Assembly (NCBI GenBank): GCA_037444485.1
Contig: JBBIMI010000001.1
Span: 1 to 64,000, forward strand
Direction of reading: 5' to 3'
DNA from: Candidatus Micrarchaeota archaeon
GTDB taxonomy: Archaea > Micrarchaeota > Micrarchaeia > Norongarragalinales > Norongarragalinaceae
DNA: 64,000 bases
In this document: positions 19,396 to 29,361 of the stretch, in pieces
Position numbering within the stretch: position 1 is the first letter of the stretch
Layout: each line of letters starts with the position of its first letter
Position numbers and translations under genes: made by a program
Notes under the pieces: generated by a model
Databases searched by the model: none
What the model was told of the DNA's origin: nothing
The model's input: only the letters and a program-made list of their open reading frames with translations

Positions 19396-22155
19396 ATGGG
19401 TTTAGTTTCAAAAAACTTTGCGGTTTTCTTCGCAATCGCTTTCGCAGCGTTCGCCGTAAGCGTTTCAGCGAATTCGCTTGTCTTCGTTTCGCCGAGTTGG
19501 CAGCAAGGCTGCCAATGCGACCCGCAGACTTTCGTAGCGCGTTTAACTAACGACAACGCGGAAAGCGAGGTTTACGACCTCTTTATTTCAGGACTAGACC
19601 CGGATTACTTCAGCTATTTCGCGACTCCCCGCGTTGAAGTGCAACCGCACTCGAGCAACGAAGTAATGGCTTTCATTACTCCGCGTTGTTACGCGGACGG
19701 GGGAAACTATTCGTTTTCAATCAAAGCAGTCGGCAGTAGGGGAAGCTCGCACTCGCTTTCCGGAATCACGCAAGTAGTGCAATGCCACTCGCTTCGATTA
19801 AGTGTAACGCCAGAGCAAAGCGTTTGCGGGGGCGACGAAGCGACTTTCTTAATCACGCTCAAAAACAACGGAATCTTTCAAGAAACAGGCAACATTACTA
19901 CCGACTTGCCTGCAAGCATGCACTCGCTCGCTGACAAGAGCTTCAACTTGAAGCCAGGCGAAGAAAAACAATTCCGTTTGTACGTCCAGCCGCCTACGCG
20001 CATGCCCCCAACGCGTTTAGCTTTTAAAGTAGAAGCCACTTCACATAACGCTTTCCGCAGGGAATACGCTGCGCTCGTAGTCCGCGATTGCTCCGGCTTG
20101 CAAATCGTAGTTCCGCCAGTAATCTACTTGCAACCCGGCGAACAAGCAGACACCCCAGTTTACTTGATTAACACTGGCGCGAGCGATGGTTTCAACTTAC
20201 GAAAGGAATGCCCGCAGTGGACGAGCTTAAGCGACGCAAGCGTCACCCTCGCAGCCGGAGAAAACAAGACTACCACGCTGCGTTCAACCCCGCCAGCTGA
20301 CGCGGTAAACAAAGAATTTGCGTGCGCTATTCGCGCGGATTCAAAAAAATTCGGCAAGCAATTCAGCGCTAACACGAAGCTAGTAGTCCAACAACTTTAC
20401 TCTGCCAGCTTAAGCGCTAATGTTTCCGGCGACGAGGTGCGCGCCTGCAAAGGCGAAGGCGCGACGGTTCGCTTCACGCTCTCGAACACCGGCAAGCAAG
20501 CTGCCTTCACGCTTTCAGCAAGCGGCGTGCCAGGCGCTTTAAGCATGAACAGCGTTACAGTAAACGCGAACTCAACGCAATCATTCGATTATAACATAGA
20601 TAGCGCTGCAGCCGCGATCGGGGCTTACACTCTAACCGTGCAAGCAAGCAACTCGTATTACTCGACGAGCAAATCCATTCGCGTTACAATAGAAGATTGC
20701 TTTAACAGCGGGTTGACCGCGAACACGAATTCGCTTACGCTTTGCCCAACGCAGTCAAGCACCATCACGCTCACGATTTCAAACAAGGGAACCCGCGCCG
20801 ACGAATTCACTCTCGCCGTCAGCGGCCAAGACGGCCTGCAAACGCGGTTAAGCAAAACAACGTTTTCGCTCGCCGGAAACGCGAGCGACCAAGCAACGCT
20901 TGAAATCACCGCGCCGTTAAACGCGCAAGCAAACACTTACGCAGTCACGCTCACGCTTGAAGACGGTTCAACTGCTACTCTGCCGATAAGCGTGCGCGTT
21001 CCAACGCAAAGCGAATGCCGCAGTATCGAGTTGATTCCGCAAACATGGTACTTGAATTCCACGTTATGCCGCGGAGGCGTTATTGAAATCGAGGTTAAAA
21101 ACAAGGGATTGTTTACTGAAACCCTCACGCTTTCCGCAGAAGGCGTTTCATGGGCTTACATCACGCCAAACAAGCTAACAATAAAACCGCAATCAAGCGC
21201 TAAAACGTACTTGTACGTTGCAGCCCCATTCTCAACACCGCCCGGAATATACTACATTACACTCAAAGCATTCAACGACTTCATTAACGAAAGCATTCGC
21301 TTAACCGCAGAAATCAAGGAATTACCGCCTGAAGAGTACTACAAAAGCAAGGGCGTAAAACCAACAGACTACGCGATTACGTTAACCCCACCCCCGCAAA
21401 TCAAGACCGAGACGAACGCAATCAAGCAAGTAAACTTTAAAATCAAGAACACGGGCGTCGGAGTAATTCACGACGCGCGAATCTTCGTGCAAAGCGACTT
21501 GCTCACAATCGCCAACCAAACACTCGAACCAATCGAAATCAAGCCCAGCGAAGAAAAAACAATAACGCTCGCGCTTCAAGCGAAAAAACAAGGAGAGCAC
21601 GAAGCGCTAGTGCGCGCGGTTGCTCGCGAGACTTTCGCTGAAGCGAAAACGCGTTTGATTGCAGGCGTTCCCACGCTTTCAATACGAGAAACAGGCAAGC
21701 GCATGGTTAACGCGAGCGAGAACAGTAAAGTGTTTCAAGTTACTTTCAACGTCACGAACCTCGACGGAGAAACCATAGTAACGCCGCGCGGTGCGAACGC
21801 GGTCTTCACTCCAGAAACACTAACGCTCAAGCAAGGCGAAAGCGCGGTTTTCACTGCTAGCGTCAACACGCAGATTGAAGTCAACCAAACGTTCGGCTTC
21901 GAGTTCAAAACAAACCGCGGCGTTTACTACGCTGAAACTCGAATTGAAAGCACTGGAATCCCGTCAACAGGCTTCGCTGGCGCGAGCCTAACAGGCTTGT
22001 TCGCAGGCGCGAACGCTACGATAATCGGCTTCATAATCGCTCTCGCAGCAGGCCTAATAGTGGTTTACTTGCTGCTCAAGCACGACGCAATCAAAATAAA
22101 GCGTCAACCCGGCGCGCCGAAAACGAAAAGCAAAAAACCACCAATTGAAGAATAA
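19396..22155 (+). CDS. Large Ig-like repeat surface protein with C-terminal TM anchor
   Basis: Signal peptide from ATG 19396; repeated C...(L/I).N.G...F.L modules ending in xxC; LTGLF + TM + Lys tail. Confidence 0.8.
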   Translation: MGLVSKNFAVFFAIAFAAFAVSVSANSLVFVSPSWQQGCQCDPQTFVARLTNDNAESEVYDLFISGLDPDYFSYFATPRVEVQPHSSNEVMAFITPRCYADGGNYSFSIKAVGSRGSSHSLSGITQVVQCHSLRLSVTPEQSVCGGDEATFLITLKNNGIFQETGNITTDLPASMHSLADKSFNLKPGEEKQFRLYVQPPTRMPPTRLAFKVEATSHNAFRREYAALVVRDCSGLQIVVPPVIYLQPGEQADTPVYLINTGASDGFNLRKECPQWTSLSDASVTLAAGENKTTTLRSTPPADAVNKEFACAIRADSKKFGKQFSANTKLVVQQLYSASLSANVSGDEVRACKGEGATVRFTLSNTGKQAAFTLSASGVPGALSMNSVTVNANSTQSFDYNIDSAAAAIGAYTLTVQASNSYYSTSKSIRVTIEDCFNSGLTANTNSLTLCPTQSSTITLTISNKGTRADEFTLAVSGQDGLQTRLSKTTFSLAGNASDQATLEITAPLNAQANTYAVTLTLEDGSTATLPISVRVPTQSECRSIELIPQTWYLNSTLCRGGVIEIEVKNKGLFTETLTLSAEGVSWAYITPNKLTIKPQSSAKTYLYVAAPFSTPPGIYYITLKAFNDFINESIRLTAEIKELPPEEYYKSKGVKPTDYAITLTPPPQIKTETNAIKQVNFKIKNTGVGVIHDARIFVQSDLLTIANQTLEPIEIKPSEEKTITLALQAKKQGEHEALVRAVARETFAEAKTRLIAGVPTLSIRETGKRMVNASENSKVFQVTFNVTNLDGETIVTPRGANAVFTPETLTLKQGESAVFTASVNTQIEVNQTFGFEFKTNRGVYYAETRIESTGIPSTGFAGASLTGLFAGANATIIGFIIALAAGLIVVYLLLKHDAIKIKRQPGAPKTKSKKPPIEE

Positions 22156-22220
22156 GTTGATTACGGTTTATTACGGGTTTCCTCCTTGTTTTTATTTTTC
22201 GAAAGCCTAGTGGTTAAGAT

Positions 22221-22898
22221 GTGGTTAGCATGAACGTAAAACCAGTTCCCCTATTCCCAGGAGTTTACGAGATAGGCGGCACGCTCGCCACGCGCTCGCT
22301 CACGCCGAGCTTTAAAGTCCACGGCGAACGCTTGCATGAAATTGGTGGCGTCGAGTACCGCGAGTGGAATCCGCATCAAAGCAAGCTTGCAGCAGCAATC
22401 GCGCGCGGCTTGCGTGAACTCCCAATTCACGAAGGCTCGCGAGTACTCTACCTTGGGGCTGCTCAAGGCGCGACCGCGAGCTTCGTCAGCGACATTGTTG
22501 GCGAAAAAGGCGTAGTGTACTGCGTTGAAATAGCCCCTCGGGCCGCCAGCGACTTGATTCGCGTGTGCGAGCAACGCGAAAACATGGTTCCCATTCTGGC
22601 TGACGCGCGCAAGCCCGGCGAGTACGCTAACGAAATCAGGGGTTGGGTGGACGTGGTTTTCGAGGACGTGGCAGACCCACAGCAAGCGGAAATCCTGAAA
22701 ACGAACGCCTGCTTTCTCAAGCGCGGCGGCGCAGCGTTGCTCGCAGTCAAGGCGCGCAGCGTGTCAAGCGTTGAAGAACCGAAACGCGTTTTCGAGAGAG
22801 TAAAACGCGAGCTCGCAAGCGTTTTCGAACTAGTTCAGGAAATAGACATTTCGCCCTTCGAGAAAGACCACGAAATGCTCGTTTTGAGAAAGAAATAA
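22221..22898 (+). CDS. flpA: Fibrillarin-like rRNA/tRNA 2'-O-methyltransferase
   Basis: EYREWNP..SKLAAAI, VLYLGAA.G.T.S.VSDIV, PILADAR.P..Y, PFEKDH. Confidence 0.95.
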   Translation: MVSMNVKPVPLFPGVYEIGGTLATRSLTPSFKVHGERLHEIGGVEYREWNPHQSKLAAAIARGLRELPIHEGSRVLYLGAAQGATASFVSDIVGEKGVVYCVEIAPRAASDLIRVCEQRENMVPILADARKPGEYANEIRGWVDVVFEDVADPQQAEILKTNACFLKRGGAALLAVKARSVSSVEEPKRVFERVKRELASVFELVQEIDISPFEKDHEMLVLRKK

Positions 22899-22919
22899 AG
22901 AAAAAGCTTTTCGCCAAAC

Positions 22920-23693
22920 TCAGACAAAACGCTGAAGATGATTTTGTTTTATAAAACGCTGAAGATGATTTTGTTTTATGTATTCCGCCCTCTCTGCCGC
23001 CATATTTGAGGTAAGGTTTTCGAGTTGGCTTATGGCGCCTTTGATGGCTTCCCTTGCTCTTGAGTGAAGCTCCTTTTTTTCGCCGTAATAGTCGTGAAGC
23101 ATGCCTGAAGCAATAGTTTTTAAGTCAATAAAATATTGTTTTTCTTCAATTTTTCCAGAAAACTTTAGGTTTAGAACGCGTTCCAAAAGGTCAAACATTT
23201 TTGGGTTTGCCGTCATCAAAGGAGTGGTTAAAGATTCAATTTCTTTTAGCGTTCTCCCGGCTTCAGTTAACTCTTCCACATGCGTTCCTTTCTCGGGGGA
23301 ATATTTACTGGTTTTGAGTTCTATCCTGTGAAAACTCTCTTCTTTAGGGAAATATTTAGGTATTATTAGCTCCGAATCGAGATTGGCTCGGAGGAGTCCA
23401 AGCCCAGAATACAGGAGACGCAGGTTCGTTTCCTTCATCAAATTTTCGATTTTCTCATTTAGATTATGAACTTCTCTTACTTTATCATTTAAAATGCGTT
23501 GAAAGTAATTCAAGTGAATTCCGCCGCGGGTTTTAATCTCTTCACCTCCAATCACACCAACCTTAGGGACTTTAAAGACTCCGAACTCGCGAGACTTGAT
23601 GAACGAGTTCAAAAATTTTTTTTGTTCTTTAGTCAAATTTGGTTTATTCGTGCCTTTATACAGCCGCCAATAGGGCAACGCCATTAAGTCCAC
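22920..23693 (-). CDS. Hypothetical protein (AT-rich, C-terminal 9-aa duplication)
   Basis: 257-aa ORF; IKQNHLQRF repeated twice at the C-terminus. Confidence 0.65.
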   Translation of the reverse strand: MDLMALPYWRLYKGTNKPNLTKEQKKFLNSFIKSREFGVFKVPKVGVIGGEEIKTRGGIHLNYFQRILNDKVREVHNLNEKIENLMKETNLRLLYSGLGLLRANLDSELIIPKYFPKEESFHRIELKTSKYSPEKGTHVEELTEAGRTLKEIESLTTPLMTANPKMFDLLERVLNLKFSGKIEEKQYFIDLKTIASGMLHDYYGEKKELHSRAREAIKGAISQLENLTSNMAAERAEYIKQNHLQRFIKQNHLQRFV

Positions 23694-24012
23694 CTCCGCA
23701 GGAAGCCAAGGAAGCCGAATTACTTAAAACTATATTATTAGACAACTCCGCCAACACCGGAATTTAAGTCAAAAATTTAATCGAACTTATGGTGCTGTAA
23801 ATCTCATAACTTACGGTCGTTACCATCGGAGGACGCCATCGGGGATGACAGCGTGAAGAGTATGTTGAAGAAAAAAAGTTTAAACAAAAGTCTTTCATTA
23901 ACCATTAACCAACCACCCCGCTTTCACTCTTATTTTAAATGTGGTTAGAGCATTTACTGAAAATTAGCATTTGTAATATATATATATATCGGTTAGTGTG
24001 TATAATGTTATT

Positions 24013-24130
24013 CGGTTGGCGGCCATAGGAGGGTGGAAACGCCCAGTCCCATTTCGAACCTGGAAGCTAAGCACCCTTACGACGTGGCGAGTACTGGAGT
24101 AATTCCGGGAAAGCCTGTTGCTGCCACCAC
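24013..24130 (+). rRNA. rrf: 5S rRNA (stand-alone)
   Basis: GGCGGCCATAG..GG.GGAAACGCCCAGTCCCATTTCGAACCTGGAAGCTAAGC...GAGTACTGGAG...CCGGGAAA...TGCTGCC; TATA-rich tract upstream; ends approximate. Confidence 0.92.
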
Positions 24131-24196
24131 TCAAAATACTGGTTTCAATTAACCGAATTTTTTATCAATTTGTTAGGATTCGTAGTATTGGCGAGT

Positions 24197-24727
24197 TTAA
24201 TGTCTGTATTTTCTGGCGAGTTCAAGTTCTTTTAGACGACGCTCGCAATTATTACGTAGATACCCAGCCATTTTACGATCTACGAGATCCAGTTGTTTTA
24301 CAACTTTTTCAAAATTTGTCTTAAACGGTTCTATTAACTTCTCATTATATAGATGCAAGTTATCGAGCAAGTCTAGCGCGTTGATTTTTGAATTTAGCAA
24401 CCACTTTCTCTCAGAACCTAGTGTTTTTTTTTTGGAGGAGTGTTGCAGCACGTCAAAAAAAAACTTGAGTTGAGGCGTCAACGCCTTTGCCAGCAAATTG
24501 TTGGCCTCGTAACCGTGAGCTTTAGAAACATGTTCAAGCGCGTCTCTCATTTTTCGTTTGTTCGTATCAATCAATATCCAGACGTTGTGAAAATTTGTTT
24601 CATCTTTGTTTCCGTAATACTCTTCTTTAAGTAATTTATTTAAGCCGTTTAATTCTTTAAGGTCTTCAACTACACGGCGCAGTTTATCTTGTTCATGTTT
24701 CAGAAGTTTGAGTTCAAAATTTTTCAA
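24197..24727 (-). CDS. Hypothetical helical protein (AT-rich)
   Basis: 176-aa ORF, Leu/Lys rich, no motif recognised. Confidence 0.55.
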   Translation of the reverse strand: MKNFELKLLKHEQDKLRRVVEDLKELNGLNKLLKEEYYGNKDETNFHNVWILIDTNKRKMRDALEHVSKAHGYEANNLLAKALTPQLKFFFDVLQHSSKKKTLGSERKWLLNSKINALDLLDNLHLYNEKLIEPFKTNFEKVVKQLDLVDRKMAGYLRNNCERRLKELELARKYRH

Positions 24728-24972
24728 AAATTTACTTGTCCTTTTGGAAGCTCTCCTAAAATTGCTTTGTATCGTTTTTATGCGCTATACTTGTAGAGAG
24801 ATAAAGAAAGTTTAGGCAGGCTTACCACTCTTGAAATGGTTTTAAACAAGTTAAAGCGTTTAAAATAAAACGCTTTGTTTTGCGTTCGCTTGCTTTAAAT
24901 GCTTTAAAAAGTTTTAAAACCATTGTTTTTTTAATTAATTGGTTGGAGGGCTTGGGAGGGGGTTTTGGTTTC

Positions 24973-25257
24973 TTGAGCGAATTGGTTGCTTGGAGTGCTT
25001 ACGCCGCGTTGATTCTAGTCTCGCTCGTCTTTTTTTGGAGCGTTGAAAAAAGTTTTGCGGACGCGGGCAAGCGCTTGGAGCTAGCGCGCCAACGCATCGA
25101 ATTACAGAACGCGTTGTTGAAAGACGCGAGGATAGAGTTGAATGAAATCCGTAAAACGCTTCCCGCGAAAGCGGGAATAAGAGAGATAGAAGAAAGACTT
25201 GAGAAAGCAACGCGTGTGATTCTCAACGCGCAAGCAATTAAAGCCAAAAGCAAGTAA
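24973..25257 (+). CDS. Small TM + coiled-coil protein
   Basis: N-terminal TM then heptad coil; TTG start inferred after GGAGGG. Confidence 0.6.
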   Translation: MSELVAWSAYAALILVSLVFFWSVEKSFADAGKRLELARQRIELQNALLKDARIELNEIRKTLPAKAGIREIEERLEKATRVILNAQAIKAKSK

Positions 25258-25296
25258 ATAAAACGGAAGGCAAGTAAGGGAGCGTGCGAAAAAAAA

Positions 25297-25572
25297 TTGG
25301 TTGAAGGGTTGAGCGCGACTACAATCGCTTTGCTTGGATTCGCGTTGTTATTGTTTATCGTTTTAGTCAAGACTGTTTACAGGTTCAAGCGAGACTTGAT
25401 TGAAAAAACAAGTGAAATAGAGGGAAAACTCGGCGAACTCGAAAAAGAAACAGCGCTTACAAAAAAAGTTTTGAGTGAAGTAAGGGATGACGTGCGGCAA
25501 AAGATTGATGTTGCTTACCTCGACAAACGCATTGAAGGACTAATTCAATTGTTTGAAAACAAGTCTTCTTGA
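25297..25572 (+). CDS. Small TM + coiled-coil protein
   Basis: Same architecture as the upstream ORF. Confidence 0.65.
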   Translation: MVEGLSATTIALLGFALLLFIVLVKTVYRFKRDLIEKTSEIEGKLGELEKETALTKKVLSEVRDDVRQKIDVAYLDKRIEGLIQLFENKSS

Positions 25573-25635
25573 AAAAAACTAAAACAACTAAACAAACACT
25601 AAAACGAAAACAAACACTAAAACGACTACTAGAAA

Positions 25636-26688
25636 TTAAAGCACCTTGAAGTCGACTGCCACTTCAACTTCTCCAGGAGCGCTTTCAACAACCACGCGCT
25701 TGCCTAAAACGCGTAGCTTCACGCCTTGTTTCTCGCTTTCTTTTCGCAGGTTTTCAAGCACGTGTTTGAATGGTTTTTCTCCGCGTTTGACGCGCGTGAA
25801 AGCGTAGTAGTGGATTACGCAGTTTTTCGCCGCGTTTTTGAGGGCTAGGGGAAGGAATTCGGACGCGTTTTTCGGTAGAGGCATTATTATTCTGTTGAAT
25901 TGTTTCGGGAATTTTTTTAATGCGTCGCGGGCGTCGCCGTGAATTATAGTGACGTTAGTCGCGTTGTTTAAGCGCGCGTTTTCTTTGAGTAAGCGTGCAG
26001 CGTGCGGGTTTAATTCAACTGCAGTCACGCGCGTGGTCGGAACGCGTTTAGCGATAAGTATTGCGTATGGCCCGACGCCTGCGAAGAGTACTAGAACCCG
26101 CTCGCCTGGCAGTACTTGCGCTGCTATTCGCGCGCGTTCCGTGCTTAAGCGTGGTGAGAAGTAGTCTTTCCGTAAGTTGACTTTATACAAGCAACCGTGT
26201 TCTTTGTGGGTTGTCGAGAATTTGTGTTTGCCTGCAGCCCAAGCGAGTTGCATTACGCGGTAAACGCCTTTCCGCCCGCTTTTTTTTGTTAGGACTGTTG
26301 CGACGCGGGGGTTTGATTCGCGTAACGCGCGCGCGATTACGCGGGCCTTGCGCGAGAGTTCGCGCGGGATTTGAATTACTGCGATGTCGCCGATTAAGTC
26401 GAAGGAACGCGTTGCTTTCTCTAATTCGTTTTCTGAAAGCTTGCCTGCAAGCAGTTCCTTCAACGGTTTTACTTTTCCTTCCTCGACAAAGTTTTTTTTG
26501 ACGAACTTGACGGGCGCGCGCAGCGCGACGCGTTTGGAAACCGGAAAGTAAACGAATTCCGCGTCGCGCGCTGGCTTTAAATCGCGGGCTAGAGCTTGCG
26601 CTGCAATCAATTGTTTTTTCACGAGTTCGGCTGCTTGCTTGCGTACTTTCGCCGCCAAATTTTTTCGTTTTCTTTGGTTTAAAACCAT
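25636..26688 (-). CDS. Trm5/Taw2-family SAM-dependent tRNA methyltransferase
   Basis: SFDLIGDIAVI, HKEHGC.YKV, YFSPRLSTERARI, LFAGVGPYAI, ELNP.A, RIIMPLP; ATG at 26688. Confidence 0.88.
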   Translation of the reverse strand: MVLNQRKRKNLAAKVRKQAAELVKKQLIAAQALARDLKPARDAEFVYFPVSKRVALRAPVKFVKKNFVEEGKVKPLKELLAGKLSENELEKATRSFDLIGDIAVIQIPRELSRKARVIARALRESNPRVATVLTKKSGRKGVYRVMQLAWAAGKHKFSTTHKEHGCLYKVNLRKDYFSPRLSTERARIAAQVLPGERVLVLFAGVGPYAILIAKRVPTTRVTAVELNPHAARLLKENARLNNATNVTIIHGDARDALKKFPKQFNRIIMPLPKNASEFLPLALKNAAKNCVIHYYAFTRVKRGEKPFKHVLENLRKESEKQGVKLRVLGKRVVVESAPGEVEVAVDFKVL

Positions 26689-26726
26689 TAAAAGAATTAA
26701 TAACGTTAACTGCTTTAAACAATTGC

Positions 26727-27395
26727 GTGAAGAGGAAGAGAGTGAAGAACAAGAGTGCGCCGGTCGCGGTAGTCTTGAAGCGCTTGCGTTGGAAGTATGG
26801 TGGAAGACAGGCTTACAGCGGGTCCGCGAAAACAGTTTTTGAGTGTTTGATTGGAACAATGCTTTCGCACCGCACTAGAGACGAGCGAACCGCTCTTGCA
26901 GCTGAAAAGCTTTTCAAGAAGTTTGGTTCACCGGAAAAACTTGCGAAAGCGCGGGTTGCCGAAATAACGCGTTTAATCAAGCCAGTTGGTTTTTACCGCG
27001 TGAAAGCGAAACGCGTGAAGCAAGTCGCGAGAATACTAGTCGAAAAACATGGTGGGCGAGTGCCTGACTCTATGACTGAATTGCTTGCGTTGCCTGGCGT
27101 TGGACGCAAGACTGCTGGCTGCGTGCTTGTTTACGCTTTCAATAAACCAGCGCTGCCAGTCGACAGTCACGTTGCGGTCATCGCTAGAAGGCTTGGGTGG
27201 ACTAAACAAAAAAATCCCGACAAAGTTGAACGCGATTTGACTGCATTAATTTCAAAGAAAGATTGGGTTGACGTCAACAACCTGTTCGTCCTGCACGGCC
27301 AGCAAACTTGTTTGACTGTAAAACCGCGTTGCCCGCAATGCGTTTTGAATGATGTTTGCCCAAGCGCGACGAAATACTACCCGAAAGAGAGTTGA
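26727..27395 (+). CDS. nth: Endonuclease III (HhH-GPD, 4Fe-4S)
   Basis: LLALPGVGRKTA, VDSHV, C....P.C..C.L...C. Confidence 0.93.
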   Translation: MKRKRVKNKSAPVAVVLKRLRWKYGGRQAYSGSAKTVFECLIGTMLSHRTRDERTALAAEKLFKKFGSPEKLAKARVAEITRLIKPVGFYRVKAKRVKQVARILVEKHGGRVPDSMTELLALPGVGRKTAGCVLVYAFNKPALPVDSHVAVIARRLGWTKQKNPDKVERDLTALISKKDWVDVNNLFVLHGQQTCLTVKPRCPQCVLNDVCPSATKYYPKES

Positions 27396-28240
27396 TTTGG
27401 TTGGCGGACTGGATTCAAGAATACTTCATAAACCCCATGGCTTTTCCAGACAAGTATCCGCCCTACAATCCAGTGAACACGCTTACGTTCGCTGTTCTCG
27501 GACTCCTCGCGGCTTTCCTTATTTACAAGGGATTAAAGAAGTATGGTGTGAAAATAGATTCAGCTTTTTTTTACTCGATCCTGCCGTTCGTCGCGCTTGG
27601 AAGCATTCTGCGCGTCGCAGTAGACGCGAACGCGTTGCCGCGCGCTGTAAGCGTTTTCGGCGAAACGTTTTACCCACTAATAACGCCAGCCGTGTACGTC
27701 ATCACTTTCCTCGCGACTATCGCTTGCCTGTCAATCGCGCGAATTACTGCGAAAAAAAAAGACGAAAAATTTAATGCAATCACGCTGCGTTTGGGAACCG
27801 CGCTTGCAATCCTTGCTTTCCTGCTCTTAACACCCTTCATTTTCAAGCAATCGTTCGCCGAACGCTTGATGGTCATCGTGTTGCTCGCGCTCGCTTCACT
27901 CGCGTTCTTTCTCGCCTTGAGGCGGGCGCGCAAACTCGCAAGCGAAGGAGTAGAGAAAGCCACTGTTTTCGCGCAGTCGCTTGATGGAGCTGCAACGTTC
28001 GCTGGAGTCGGATTCTTTAATTACGGCGAGCAACACGTAGTCGGCAACTTCATTATTGACGCGTTAGGTGGACCGCCAGCGTTTTACGTAATCAAAACTC
28101 TTTTCGCGATTCTAGTCGTTGAAGTCCTGCGGCGCGAGAAGGTTGACGCGCAATTAAAAACCTACTTGCTGTTGTTAATAACGATTTTCGGCCTCGCGCC
28201 TGGCCTGCGCGACGCGCTGAGAATCTTTCTGGGAGTGTGA
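27392..28240 (+). CDS. DUF63 family membrane protein
   Basis: YNPVNTL, LITP, LDG.AT..G.....YGEQHVV, GLAPGLRD.LR; start inferred. Confidence 0.85.
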   Translation: MIWLADWIQEYFINPMAFPDKYPPYNPVNTLTFAVLGLLAAFLIYKGLKKYGVKIDSAFFYSILPFVALGSILRVAVDANALPRAVSVFGETFYPLITPAVYVITFLATIACLSIARITAKKKDEKFNAITLRLGTALAILAFLLLTPFIFKQSFAERLMVIVLLALASLAFFLALRRARKLASEGVEKATVFAQSLDGAATFAGVGFFNYGEQHVVGNFIIDALGGPPAFYVIKTLFAILVVEVLRREKVDAQLKTYLLLLITIFGLAPGLRDALRIFLGV

Positions 28241-28244
28241 TGAA

Positions 28245-28826
28245 TTGAGCGGAAAGGAAAACGATTTACTGAAGTTTTTGTACGAAGTCAACCAGGCGAA
28301 AATTATCAAGCACTGCGGTTACTGGGTTGCCAAAGTCAAGGACCCGGAGAGCGTTGCTGAACACAGTTACTCTGCGGCGGTAATCGCATTAATACTAGCA
28401 AAGCTCGAAAAGAAAAGCAATCCAGAAGATTATGCTGTCGCCGCCTTGTTTCACGACTTGCATGAAACTAGGTTGCTTGACAGGCACAAGATAAGCACCA
28501 GATACTTGAAAACCCCGCGCGAAGTAGAAGAACAAGTAAAGCGCGACCAAAGCACTCTACTCCCAAAATCAGTGAATAAAGAGCTTTACGACAAGTTTAA
28601 AAACCTAGATTACGCGATTCTTAAAGACGCTGATTACTTGGAAATGGCTTTGCAGGCGCGCGAATACTACGACACCGGCTATAAAGGCGCTTGGGACTGG
28701 ATTATTCGAGTCGAAAAAGTACTGAAAACCAAAACCGCGCGTGCTTTACTAAAAAAAATCAAGACGACTGACTCCAACGTCTGGTGGCGCGGTTTGAAAG
28801 AAGACGTCAAAAACTTGAAGTATTAA
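28245..28826 (+). CDS. HD-domain hydrolase (YfbR/HDDC2-like)
   Basis: PESVAEHS, ALFHDLHE, DAD.LE..LQA.EY. Confidence 0.88.
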   Translation: MSGKENDLLKFLYEVNQAKIIKHCGYWVAKVKDPESVAEHSYSAAVIALILAKLEKKSNPEDYAVAALFHDLHETRLLDRHKISTRYLKTPREVEEQVKRDQSTLLPKSVNKELYDKFKNLDYAILKDADYLEMALQAREYYDTGYKGAWDWIIRVEKVLKTKTARALLKKIKTTDSNVWWRGLKEDVKNLKY

Positions 28827-28840
28827 CCAATTGATGATGA

Positions 28841-29359
28841 ATGAAGAAGAGGGTTTTGCTCGTAATCGCCCAACAAGGGTTTCAAGACTACGAGTACAAC
28901 GAACCAAAAAAAATACTTGAAAACGCGGGCATTGAAACCAAGACAGCCAGCAAAACAACTAGCGAAGCCTTCGGCAAACTAGGCGCACGCGTCAAGCCAG
29001 ACCTCGCGCTCGCGCGAGCCCACGCAAGCGACTACGACGCTATCATATTCGTCGGCGGGCCAGGCGCAGCAGCGTACTTCGACGACGAGCAAGCGCTAGC
29101 ACTTGCGCACGATTTCGAGAAAGCTGGAAAAATAGTTGCAGCCATCTGCATCGCGCCAGTCATTCTCGCAAACGCAGGCATCCTGCGCGGAAAACACGCT
29201 ACTGTCTGGCCAAGCGAAGGCGCGAACCTGCGCGAGAAAGGCGCGAATTACGCGAATGAAGACGTAGTTCGAGACAAGCGAATCATCACAGCAAGCGGCC
29301 CGCAGGCAGCGCGAAAATTCGGTGAAACGATTTTGAAAGCGTTAAAGGAAAAAGCTTGA
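28841..29359 (+). CDS. DJ-1/PfpI family protein
   Basis: GFQDYEY..P, YDAIIFVGGPGA, AAICIAP.ILA.AG, IITASGP. Confidence 0.92.
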   Translation: MKKRVLLVIAQQGFQDYEYNEPKKILENAGIETKTASKTTSEAFGKLGARVKPDLALARAHASDYDAIIFVGGPGAAAYFDDEQALALAHDFEKAGKIVAAICIAPVILANAGILRGKHATVWPSEGANLREKGANYANEDVVRDKRIITASGPQAARKFGETILKALKEKA

Positions 29360-29361
29360 AT

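Noticed and set aside
14116..21600. Numerous antisense and alternate-frame ORFs within the large surface-protein genes
   Set aside because: Shadow ORFs of long coding sequences, without motifs
23800..23860. Fluoride riboswitch-like GATGG.GT motif on the minus strand
   Set aside because: The P1 pairing needed for the motif is absent and no crcB-type gene follows
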